A stretch of DNA of 64,000 nucleotides from the NCBI GenBank assembly GCA_040772125.1, contig JAXGYS010000004.1, positions 184,021-248,020 on the forward strand, in the 5' to 3' direction. How positions within the stretch are numbered: position 1 is the stretch's first letter; each line of letters begins with the position of its first letter. Under the pieces are notes generated by a model that worked only from the letters and a program-made list of their open reading frames with translations, searched no databases and was not told where the DNA came from. This DNA comes from Bacteroidales bacterium. GTDB taxonomy: Bacteria; Bacteroidota; Bacteroidia; Bacteroidales; VadinHA17. Position numbers and translations under genes: made by a program. Shown here piece by piece: positions 1-7,573 of this stretch.

Positions 1-853
1 CGGGAAGTGAATCCGGGATATTTTTCATCAGTTCACTTACGCTCAATCTGCCTTGCGTGCTGCTGTCGTACCTTCCTGCAACAACGAAGGAGCCGTCAAC
101 GACAACTGCACTGTCGGTAAGCAGTGTTATCCCGGAGTTCCGGAAGAAAGCTCCGTCCTCATTGCGCGAATATCTTTCATGGTTGCCAAGAACCCCGTAA
201 GAGCCGTACCTTGTTTCAGTTCCGGAAAGGAGCCTTTCAAATTCCCTTATCCTTTCATCGTTACTATCGCCGTCGATTATGTCGCCTCCGTAAAGCAGTA
301 TGTCGGGACGAATACTGCTTATCTTCCTAACAAACTTTCCGACAAAACGGGTATTTACATCCCTGTGAAGATGAAAATCTGATACAAAGGCAATTGTAAG
401 ATGATCCTTCCCGCTTTGTTTCCCTTCAACCTCTATCCCGTATTCCCTTGTCCGGATAACATTGAAATTAATTATCCCGGCTGTCAGAACCACTGCTGAG
501 CAGAAGACAATCGCGGCGAAGACAACATTCCTGAAGCTGCGGCTTCTTATTTTTTCGCGGGGCACTGCTTTTAGAGGAATATTGATAAGCAGAAGCAAAT
601 CGTAAAGAAGCGTGAAAAGAAAAAGATACAGAAAGAACGGAAGCATGTAATCTGAAACGGACGACAGTAACTTTCCTGCTACGGGAGCAGCATCTCCGTC
701 GATAAGCCTGCTTGCAGGATAGATCATGAACAGAAGCAGGTAAACGGGAATGAAGATTTTAAGGTGCTCCTTCCTGATGAACAGCTGCATCAGCCTGGTA
801 AAAAGATAAATATTGGGAATTAAATAGGTGAGGGTGAGGATTGTATGAAACAT
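1..853 (-). CDS. Membrane-anchored metallophosphoesterase (calcineurin-like, YkuE-type); 3' end runs off the window
   Basis: Absent from the supplied ORF track because it is open to the window edge. My minus-strand translation from the ATG at 853 gives MFHTILTLTYLIPNIYLFTRLMQLF..., then hydrophobic segments, then ...DHLTIAFVSDFHLH...ILLYGGDIIDGDSNDE...YGVLGNHERY... These match the classic MPE motifs DxH, GDxxD and GNHE. Confidence 0.8.
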   Translation of the reverse strand, partial: MFHTILTLTYLIPNIYLFTRLMQLFIRKEHLKIFIPVYLLLFMIYPASRLIDGDAAPVAGKLLSSVSDYMLPFFLYLFLFTLLYDLLLLINIPLKAVPREKIRSRSFRNVVFAAIVFCSAVVLTAGIINFNVIRTREYGIEVEGKQSGKDHLTIAFVSDFHLHRDVNTRFVGKFVRKISSIRPDILLYGGDIIDGDSNDERIREFERLLSGTETRYGSYGVLGNHERYSRNEDGAFFRNSGITLLTDSAVVVDGSFVVAGRYDSSTQGRLSVSELMKNIPDSLP

Positions 854-880
854 GGCAGGAGTTAAGTTAGAAATTCTGGT

Positions 881-984
881 TGCTTGGTGCTTGGTGCTTG
901 GTGCTGGTTTCTGGGCACTGGGTGCTGGGTGCTCGTTGCTGGGTGCTCGTTGCTGGGTGCTGGGTGCCGGTGCTGGGTGCCGGG
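881..984. repeat. Tandem array of about 15 heptamers (consensus TGCTGGG; first three units exactly TGCTTGG)
   Basis: Read directly: tgcttgg x3, tgctggt, ttctggg, cactggg, then alternating tgctggg/tgctcgt, ending tgccggg. Confidence 0.9.
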
Positions 985-1062
985 AGAATTAATAAGAGAA
1001 ATCATAATACTTCTAATATTTATTGAAATAATACTTAAGGATCTATAATATTCATTATTATA

Positions 1063-1118
1063 CAACTAGCAACTAGCAACTAGTAACTAGCAACCAGTAT
1101 CCAGTAACCGACAACTCC
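1063..1118. repeat. Tandem array of 8 heptamers (CAACTAG x3, then TAACTAG, CAACCAG, TATCCAG, TAACCGA, CAACTCC)
   Basis: Read directly. The reverse complement CTAGTTG matches the rotated left-array unit CTGGGTG at 5 of 7 positions, so the two arrays are imperfectly inverted. Confidence 0.9.
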
Positions 1119-1410
1119 GGTTAACCAATAATTCAATATAAAGGATAAACATATTATCCGGCTCTTTGTTCCTGAAGTTCAGACAGGGCTGTAAAATTTT
1201 TTCAGCAACAGAAGGTAAAAATAATTTTTTTCTTTCTTATGGAATTCATAACTTTTTTCCCCGTTTGCCGGTCAGGTTGTAAAAGCCCTGGCTGACTGAC
1301 AGGACACAGTATTATAGGGAACGGGAAATAACCTGATGAAAATGGCCGATTCCTTTACAAAAATCATAGAGAATTATCTTATAACGTAAATACTGAAAAG
1401 GGGGTAAACC

Positions 1411-1593
1411 ATGAGAGGGAAAATGAATGAGAATGCATCAAGCAATGCCGTATATGGACTTGGTCTGATAGGCGCTGCAATCTATTACATCTCGGCTGCG
1501 ACCGGTTTCTGGGCCGGGGTCCTGGGTTTCCTGAAGGCGATAGTTTGGCCGGTCTTTCTTGTCTTTGAGGCTTTGAAGAGCCTGGGAGCCTGA
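1411..1593 (+). CDS. Small hydrophobic protein (60 aa, two predicted membrane segments), function unknown
   Basis: The ORF contains YGLGLIGAAIYYISAATGFWAGVLGFLKAIVWPVFLVF. It lies in an otherwise empty intergenic region. I recognise no family. Confidence 0.4.
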   Translation: MRGKMNENASSNAVYGLGLIGAAIYYISAATGFWAGVLGFLKAIVWPVFLVFEALKSLGA

Positions 1594-1672
1594 GCTTAAA
1601 CCCAGCGCTCAAAATTTCCATGCAGCCTTCAAATAACTACTGCCGTCATATTCATTCATATAGTTATATATG

Positions 1673-1680
1673 TATTTTTG
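1673..1680 (+). promoter_or_regulatory. Bacteroidota-type -7 promoter box TATTTTTG (TAnnTTTG)
   Basis: Exact TAnnTTTG match 23 nt upstream of the ATG at 1703. Confidence 0.4.
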
Positions 1681-1702
1681 TACTGAATAATAGAAATCAC
1701 AA

Positions 1703-2278
1703 ATGAAAAAAGCAATCTTTATTATAATCGCAGTTTTTGCTGTTGCTGCACTTAAGCTCCATGGTCAGCAGGGTTTATCGGTTGGAGACAAGGCCCCTGA
1801 ATTCAAGGCTATGGCCGATGACGGAACGGTATGGGATGCAAGGGACTATCTCGGGAAAAAATACATCGTGGCATATTTCTATCCCGCCGCGATGACAGGA
1901 GGATGTACAAAGCAGGCCTGTTCATACCGCGACCACATGGATAAGCTGCTTGCCGAAGGCGTGGTTGTTGTGGGTATCAGTGGTGACAAGGTGGAGAATC
2001 TCAGGCTTTTCAAACAGGCTGAAAATCTCAACTTCAGTCTCCTTTCCGATGACAGGGGTGACATTGCGAAAGCTTTCGGTGTTCCCGCCGGCGAGGGAGG
2101 AGCTATCAAACGCACTGTCGGAGGGATTGAGCACGAGCTTGTAAGGGAGCTTACAACGAAAAGGTGGACCTTCATTATCGGGAAGGACGGGAAGATCTTG
2201 TACAAGAATGACGCGGTTGACGCTGAAAAGGACACTGCTGAAGTCCTGGAATTCATAAAGCTTCAGGCTTCCAGATAA
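1703..2278 (+). CDS. bcp: Exported peroxiredoxin, Bcp/PrxQ type (AhpC/TSA family)
   Basis: N-terminal signal-like segment. The motif FYPAAMTGGCTKQACSYRD carries the peroxidatic and resolving Cys in CxxxxC spacing, typical of Bcp. Confidence 0.85.
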   Translation: MKKAIFIIIAVFAVAALKLHGQQGLSVGDKAPEFKAMADDGTVWDARDYLGKKYIVAYFYPAAMTGGCTKQACSYRDHMDKLLAEGVVVVGISGDKVENLRLFKQAENLNFSLLSDDRGDIAKAFGVPAGEGGAIKRTVGGIEHELVRELTTKRWTFIIGKDGKILYKNDAVDAEKDTAEVLEFIKLQASR

Positions 2279-2326
2279 GCGGTGTCAGGTTTCAGAACCG
2301 GTCCTGACGGCAATGCCAGGTAAAGG

Positions 2327-3196
2327 TCAGATCTTGCCTGCCTTTATTTCATTGTATATTGCTTCAACCAGGGTTGCCTGGTCGTTCCGGAACTCCTTTT
2401 TAATGCTTTCGAGATTGTAGTTGCTTCTTACATACCCTGCGACCTTGTTCTGCACTTCCTTCATTTCAGAGACATGCCCGGTTATATCTGCCCTGTTCAT
2501 CATCTCGCCGTGACCGCTGCAGAACTTTTGTGCATCAAGGGTTTTTAGCATAAGTTCAAGGGTCCTTACATGTTCAAAAGAGTTGCCTCCCTTGTAGGAA
2601 TGGATAAGCTGAACGCGTCCTTTGAAAACCTGGTCGCCGATAAAGGCTATCCTGTCTTTTGGGAAATACACAACTATATCGCCTTTTGTATGCCCTGTTC
2701 CGAAGTACCACAGTTCAACGGGATCGGGTCCCGGATAGAGGTCCATTTTAGTTGTGAAGGTTACCGAAGGAATGTATTTCGCCAGTTCCGGATCATTCCA
2801 TGAAGAGGGTTCGCCGTTTCTTCCCGGATGAAAGAATTCCTCGCGGCACTTTTCATGGGCCACGAAAACCACTGATTCAGGAAAGAATTTGTTTCCGTTT
2901 ACATGGTCTCCGTCGCTATGGGTATTGACCATGTACCTTATAGGTTTTTCCGTAAGCTTCCGGATCTCGGCGATAGTCTGATCGACCGATTCCTTATTCA
3001 TTTTAGCGTCGATAAGCAGGACGCCATATTCGCCTATGTAGGCTCCTCCGTTTGCTCCGCTTCCTCCCAGCACTTCATACAGATTGTCGCCGATCCTGTT
3101 AAGCGTTACAGGACTTGTTGCTCCCTGCTGGGCTGATGCACCGGCTGACAGCATCAGTGCTGCCAGACATACAATATTTCTTAAGGATATTTTCAT
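2327..3196 (-). CDS. Exported MBL-fold metallo-hydrolase
   Basis: Signal peptide MKISLRNIVCLAALMLSAGASAQQ. The metal-binding motif NTHSDGDHVNGN is HxHxDH-like. A downstream GTGHTKGD and CSGHG are also present. Confidence 0.85.
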   Translation of the reverse strand: MKISLRNIVCLAALMLSAGASAQQGATSPVTLNRIGDNLYEVLGGSGANGGAYIGEYGVLLIDAKMNKESVDQTIAEIRKLTEKPIRYMVNTHSDGDHVNGNKFFPESVVFVAHEKCREEFFHPGRNGEPSSWNDPELAKYIPSVTFTTKMDLYPGPDPVELWYFGTGHTKGDIVVYFPKDRIAFIGDQVFKGRVQLIHSYKGGNSFEHVRTLELMLKTLDAQKFCSGHGEMMNRADITGHVSEMKEVQNKVAGYVRSNYNLESIKKEFRNDQATLVEAIYNEIKAGKI

Positions 3197-3356
3197 TTTT
3201 TCTATGATTTACTTTAGTCCGACAATTAAAATTCCCGCTTTTCAGGCGATGCCTGCAGATTACAAAGATAGCCAATACAGGCAAACAGGGAGGGTTTATC
3301 TTATATATCCTGTTTTAACCTGAATAGAGGGTTGCTGAACATTAATAACAGGCAAA

Positions 3357-3370
3357 TGAGCATATGTCCA
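3357..3370. promoter_or_regulatory. Degenerate palindrome TGAGCATATGTCCA just upstream of the -7 box
   Basis: Matches 12 of 14 positions of TGAACATATGTTCA at 5075-5088. It sits at almost the same distance from the -7 box. Confidence 0.35.
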
Positions 3371-3379
3371 TATAAGTTA

Positions 3380-3387
3380 TAAATTTG
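3380..3387 (+). promoter_or_regulatory. Bacteroidota-type -7 box TAAATTTG
   Basis: Exact TAnnTTTG match 35 nt upstream of the ATG at 3422. Confidence 0.4.
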
Positions 3388-3421
3388 CAGTGGTACCTGA
3401 TTCTCCGTTAAAACCGACTCT

Positions 3422-3850
3422 ATGCCAAACCGAAGAAGATACAGAAAGATCAACCGGCCTCCCGGGATGGAAGGTTTCAAACCCTTTGGGATCCCGATGC
3501 GCGATCTTGAATCCGTTTATCTTCTCTATGAAGAGTTCGAGGCCCTGAGGCTGGCCGACTATGAGAACCTTACCCAGGCTGAAGCAGCCCAGAAAATGAA
3601 CATTTCACGACCCACTTTCACAAGGCTTTACGACAAGGCACGCAAAAGCGTTGCAAAAGCTTTTGTGGAGGGGAAGGCAATAGTTATTAGAGGAGGGACC
3701 TATGTTACCGATAACTTCTGGTACAGATGCGACGACTGTCATCAGACTATCGTGTCAGACCATCCCTTAAACCAGTGTGGCGAATGTGAATCGGGGAACA
3801 TAACAAATCTAAATGACGGCTGCCGTCACGAAAAAGATGATCAGAGTTAG
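3422..3850 (+). CDS. DUF134 (UPF0251) predicted DNA-binding protein with a C-terminal CxxC...CxxC zinc-ribbon extension
   Basis: FKPFGIP...LLYEEFEALRLADYENLTQAEAAQKMNISRPTFTRLYDKARKSVAKAFVEGKAIVI is the typical DUF134 HTH core. The tail is YRCDDCHQ...QCGECES. Confidence 0.85.
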   Translation: MPNRRRYRKINRPPGMEGFKPFGIPMRDLESVYLLYEEFEALRLADYENLTQAEAAQKMNISRPTFTRLYDKARKSVAKAFVEGKAIVIRGGTYVTDNFWYRCDDCHQTIVSDHPLNQCGECESGNITNLNDGCRHEKDDQS

Positions 3851-3990
3851 GGGACATCCTGCGGTATTGCTTCGTGACCCCTCGCTGAAAAGAGAGACAT
3901 GGGAAGATTTAAAAAGGTCTTCTTAAGGTACCTTTTGGAGATCGATCCCCGGCACTTTTCGTCGGACATAACAATTAAAGATCAACAAAT

Positions 3991-4536
3991 ATGATTAAAA
4001 AGCAGCTTATAATTCTTATCACATCATTAATGATTCTTACACCCGTGAAAGGACAGAAAGACAACCCGCAAACAATAACTTACAATGCCATAGGGTATTT
4101 CCGTACTCCTTATACTCCTGAGACGAGGGCTCCCCGCCAGGGAATCCTGAAACCTGATGTTAAGGCCAGAATCGAGATCCTGCCAAAATACAGGGAAGCC
4201 CTGCAATCGCTGGAACTGTTTGAATATATAATAGTCATTTATCACTTTGACAAGTCGGAGGGCTGGCATCCTGTAACAAGGCCGCCGGTATCGAATCCTC
4301 GCTATACATTCGGCCTGTTTGCTACAAGGAGTCCCAACAGGCCCAACCCGGTAGGCATTGCCGCTGTTAAACTTGAAAAAATCGAGGACGGTATTCTGCA
4401 TATTTCCGGAACAGATGCTTTCGACGGGACACCTGTAATAGATATAAAACCATACCTTCCCTCAATCGATGCAATAGATTCCCCGCAGAACTCCCTTCTG
4501 GAAAAGGAACTGGGACTCCCCGGCAAAACAAAATAG
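3991..4536 (+). CDS. TsaA/TrmO-like (YaeB, UPF0066) SAM-dependent methyltransferase-fold protein
   Basis: Motifs IGYFRTPY...APRQG...IIVIYHFDK...RSPNRPNPVGIAAVKLEKIEDGILHISGTDAFDGTPVIDIKPY. The start is ambiguous: M1 gives a signal-like hydrophobic N-terminus and M14 removes most of it. Confidence 0.8.
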   Translation: MIKKQLIILITSLMILTPVKGQKDNPQTITYNAIGYFRTPYTPETRAPRQGILKPDVKARIEILPKYREALQSLELFEYIIVIYHFDKSEGWHPVTRPPVSNPRYTFGLFATRSPNRPNPVGIAAVKLEKIEDGILHISGTDAFDGTPVIDIKPYLPSIDAIDSPQNSLLEKELGLPGKTK

Positions 4537-4552
4537 ACAGATATTTTATACC

Positions 4553-4589
4553 ATAACTTTCCCCTCCTTGCGAAGGAGGGGAAAGTTAT
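4553..4589 (+). terminator. Perfect 17-bp stem / 3-nt loop hairpin (ataactttcccctcctt-gcg-aaggaggggaaagttat) after the TrmO-like gene
   Basis: I verified arm complementarity base by base. It starts 17 nt after the stop at 4536. There is no U-tract, so terminator function is inferred. Confidence 0.5.
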
Positions 4590-4714
4590 GAAACTCAGAT
4601 ATCAGGTTGTTAATGAGTATTTTGTTTTTCATCAAGATAAAGTAAGATAAAAACTGATAAACCACCCCGGCCCGGAATCGAATTCCGTCCCGTACAAAAC
4701 CACTGTACGGGCCA

Positions 4715-4742
4715 CCCCTCCTTGGAAAGGAGGGGAAAGTTA
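4715..4742 (+). repeat. Second copy of the cccctcctt-NNN-aaggaggggaaagtta element (9-bp stem)
   Basis: It shares the stem and the 3' flank (gaaagtta, then a similar tcagata...tgttaa tail) with the copy at 4561-4589. Confidence 0.7.
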
Positions 4743-5072
4743 CGAGATCAGATAACTACCTGTTAAAGATACATTAAGTACCTGATTGGCACCAAAATCC
4801 TCTGAACTTATTCTAAAGTCGACATGCCTCTTTCAACAATAAACAGACTCCGCTTCTCCCCGGGAAAGAAAGATGGTTGAACCGTAAATACTGACTTTAT
4901 CTTTACCTTTCTTATACTGAGCTCAGGACAAAAATAAGCGTCAGTGCAGCAAAAATCAATTTTCAGATTTCTCAACATTCATATTTAGTGTGTTATAAAA
5001 TAAAACCGCACTAATTTAGCGAGACATCACAAGTCAGGACCGGATCAGCTTTCAGTAAATTTTTATTTATGT

Positions 5073-5090
5073 AGTGAACATATGTTCACT
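5073..5090. promoter_or_regulatory. Perfect 18-bp palindrome AGTGAACATATGTTCACT (core GAAC-N4-GTTC); candidate operator
   Basis: Read directly. It ends 9 nt before the -7 box at 5099, so it lies in the -33/-7 spacer region. Confidence 0.5.
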
Positions 5091-5098
5091 TTATTTAT

Positions 5099-5106
5099 TA
5101 TATTTG
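5099..5106 (+). promoter_or_regulatory. Bacteroidota-type -7 box TATATTTG
   Basis: Exact TAnnTTTG match upstream of the DUF5320 gene (ATG at 5191). Confidence 0.4.
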
Positions 5107-5190
5107 CAGGACAGCAATATAAAACCAGAAGGAAATCTGAAAAATACTGAAGTGTAAATAAGACAAGTTTAACCAAAATAAGAAATTATT

Positions 5191-5529
5191 ATGCCAGGAG
5201 GAGATCGCAACGGACCACTGGGACAAGGTCCCGGAACCGGAAGAGCATTAGGTTACTGTTACGGATATGATACACCGGGTTACATGAAAGGCCCGGGAAG
5301 AGGAATGGGCAGGGGAATGAGGCACGGAAGAGGATCAGGCTATGGATGGGGTTTTGGCCGTGGATTGGGCTTCTCCCGCTGTTATCCGGGCCAGGGGCCG
5401 GGATATCCCGGCATGCCTTCCATTAGCCGCGAGGATGAAATCAGGATGCTTAAAACAGAGGCTGACTCATTGAAACGCTCACAGAAGGATATCGAGAAAA
5501 GGCTTTCTGAACTGGAAAAAGAGGAATAG
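5191..5529 (+). CDS. DUF5320 domain protein (Gly/Arg-rich N-terminus, C-terminal coiled coil)
   Basis: MPGGDRNGPLGQGPGTGRALGYC... followed by EDEIRMLKTEADSLKRSQKDIEKRLSELEKEE. This is the characteristic DUF5320 architecture, and the family is commonly found near DUF134 genes. Confidence 0.8.
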   Translation: MPGGDRNGPLGQGPGTGRALGYCYGYDTPGYMKGPGRGMGRGMRHGRGSGYGWGFGRGLGFSRCYPGQGPGYPGMPSISREDEIRMLKTEADSLKRSQKDIEKRLSELEKEE

Positions 5530-5546
5530 TTTTTCAGGGGAACGGG

Positions 5547-6062
5547 TTATTTTATGGGGTCACCGCAGAATTTTCGCCTTTTGCAGTCCCTGCAGAATTT
5601 CCCCATCCATACCCCATCGAACTGATCCATGACAGTCCTGATCATCTCCGGATCTGTTGTAACGAATCCCGATTCGAAGTTGCGTGTATGCTGGCTTTTC
5701 ATTCCCAGACCAGCACCTGTAAGGTTTGCAGATCCCGAGTATGCATACTTTCCATCTATAATAATGTGTTTGAAATGGACTCTAGGGCATAACTGTCTTT
5801 CCATGTTTTCCCAGAGATACGGATACTTGTCAAAGCTGTTCCTGAAATTCACTCCGGGTTCCTTTGCATGAAGTAGTCTAACCGAGACCTTTCTCTTTAC
5901 AAGTTCATCCAGAACCGACAAAAAGGAGCGGACTGTTCCCTTGTGCTTTACATGAAGATCCTTGATATCGGCAGTGCCGATCCAGACAAAAGACCTGGCT
6001 CCCGCCACAGGTTCAATAGCCTGATGGTAAAGGTCTTCATTGGTAATGAATTTAATGCTCAT
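5547..6062 (-). CDS. Single-HKD phospholipase D / Nuc-like family protein with a C-terminal Cys cluster
   Basis: HKD motif HFKHIIIDGKYAYSGSANLTGAG. The C-terminus reads FCRDCKRRKFCGDP. Confidence 0.8.
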   Translation of the reverse strand: MSIKFITNEDLYHQAIEPVAGARSFVWIGTADIKDLHVKHKGTVRSFLSVLDELVKRKVSVRLLHAKEPGVNFRNSFDKYPYLWENMERQLCPRVHFKHIIIDGKYAYSGSANLTGAGLGMKSQHTRNFESGFVTTDPEMIRTVMDQFDGVWMGKFCRDCKRRKFCGDPIK

Positions 6063-6292
6063 CGCTATAATTATTTCCTGACGGAAAAATTAGTTGGTTC
6101 ATCCCTTTTTTCAGCTGATTTTATTTGCGAACATAAAGAAAATCATCTCAGGAAAGAATCATTATCCTGGGATTCTTACCATTTTTTTCATAACATTATG
6201 ATCCTGTTCTGAACCAGCTGTATATCCATCAAAAGGATCACCTCCTTTTAGTCTGCAGTTCAGGCGAAGGAAAAAGAAATAAAAAAACACTT

Positions 6293-7363
6293 ATGAGAAC
6301 GATCGTTTTACTTACCCTTCTTCTTGCTTGCTCTTCCGGCTGTTATTGCATTCAGGATTCTGCATCCCCTGACAGTACTTTTTCAAATCCTCTCTTCCCT
6401 TCAGGAGCTGATCCCTGGATCGTAAGGCACAATAACTACTATTACTATTGCAGTTCGTCAGGAAACGGGATCTCCATACGCAGGGGTGAAAACCTCAACG
6501 CTCTCAGCCAGTCGGAAGCCGTAAAGGTATGGACGGCCCCTGAGGGAACGATGTGGTCAAGGGAGATCTGGGCCCCCGAGCTTCATCACCTTAACGGGAA
6601 ATGGTATGTCTACTTTGCAGCCGACGACGGCAGGAACGTCAATCACAGAATGTATGTAATTGAGAACAGTTCTGAGGATCCCATTGAGGGTAACTGGATC
6701 TTCAGGGGCAAAGTCTCTGACCCTTCCGACAAGTGGGCCATCGACGGGACTGTTTTCAGCTACCGGCGCAAGCTGTATTTTGTCTGGTCGGGATGGGAAG
6801 GAGATGTTAACGGGCAGCAGAATCTGTACATAGCCAGGATGTCGGATCCCCTGACTATAAGCAGCGAAAGGGTTCTCCTGTCAGCTCCCGGACTCTCATG
6901 GGAAACAGTAGGCGATCTCAATAATCCCGATGATGTTCCACATGTAAATGTTAATGAAGGGCCAGCAGCACTAATAAGGAAAGGCAAGCTGTTCATAGTT
7001 TATTCCGGAAGCGGATGCTGGACGGATGCATATTGTCTTGGCATGCTGACCTTTAAGGGGGGAAGGGACCTGCTCGAAACAGGCGCATGGGAAAAAAGCA
7101 TGGAGCCCGTCTTCAGTGGAAAAGCGGAAGCAGGGGTTTATGCCACCGGGCATAATTCGTTTTTCAGATCACCCGACGGAAAAGAATGGTGGATTGTTTA
7201 TCACGCGAACTCTGCTCCCGGACAGGGCTGCGGCAGATTCCGGTCCCCAAGGGCACAGCAGTTCTACTGGGACAGTTCAGGAAAGCCGGTCTTCGGGGAA
7301 CCTGTAAAAGCAGGAATTAACTTAGGCCTTCCATCTGCAAAAAGAATCAACAGCCGCCGTTAA
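6293..7363 (+). CDS. Glycoside hydrolase family 43 lipoprotein
   Basis: Lipoprotein-like leader LLLACSSGC. GH43 hallmarks: GADPWIV...YYYYCSS, WAPELHHLNGKWYVYFAADDG, NEGPAAL, YHAN. Confidence 0.85.
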   Translation: MRTIVLLTLLLACSSGCYCIQDSASPDSTFSNPLFPSGADPWIVRHNNYYYYCSSSGNGISIRRGENLNALSQSEAVKVWTAPEGTMWSREIWAPELHHLNGKWYVYFAADDGRNVNHRMYVIENSSEDPIEGNWIFRGKVSDPSDKWAIDGTVFSYRRKLYFVWSGWEGDVNGQQNLYIARMSDPLTISSERVLLSAPGLSWETVGDLNNPDDVPHVNVNEGPAALIRKGKLFIVYSGSGCWTDAYCLGMLTFKGGRDLLETGAWEKSMEPVFSGKAEAGVYATGHNSFFRSPDGKEWWIVYHANSAPGQGCGRFRSPRAQQFYWDSSGKPVFGEPVKAGINLGLPSAKRINSRR

Positions 7364-7573
7364 GGCAGGCTAAAAGTTTAGCTTCACGGGTTTTTTTACA
7401 GTACACTATTCTTGTCCTTTTCAGGCCTCTAACATGAAAGAATTTCGAGGATTAATGGGGCATTAGCTTTGTCCGGGGGAAAGATTTATCCCGAATATAA
7501 TATTTGCAACTTTTTAGGAGAATATTTAGCTTTTGAATATATTGCATATACCTAATCATTACGACCTGTTCTT

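Noticed and set aside
53-382. Plus-strand ORFs of 109 aa (53-382) and 68 aa (124-330) from the track
   Set aside because: They are antisense shadows of the minus-strand metallophosphoesterase gene (1-853). That gene shows clear DxH/GDxxD/GNHE motifs, and these ORFs show none.
862-1065. Minus-strand 67-aa ORF rich in H/P/Q/S/T
   Set aside because: It is simply the in-frame translation of the heptamer tandem array, and 7-nt periodicity is incompatible with a conserved coding frame.
881-1118. Possibility that the short tandem arrays (here and at 32970, 51521 and 53062) are CRISPR arrays
   Set aside because: The units are 7-12 nt and directly contiguous with no spacers. There are no cas genes or leader anywhere in the window.
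7497-7506. Candidate -7 promoter box upstream of narK (ATAATATTTG)
   Set aside because: The 8-mer ending in TTTG is AATATTTG, one mismatch from TAnnTTTG. I also found no FNR-type TTGAT-N4-ATCAA site, so I make no call.
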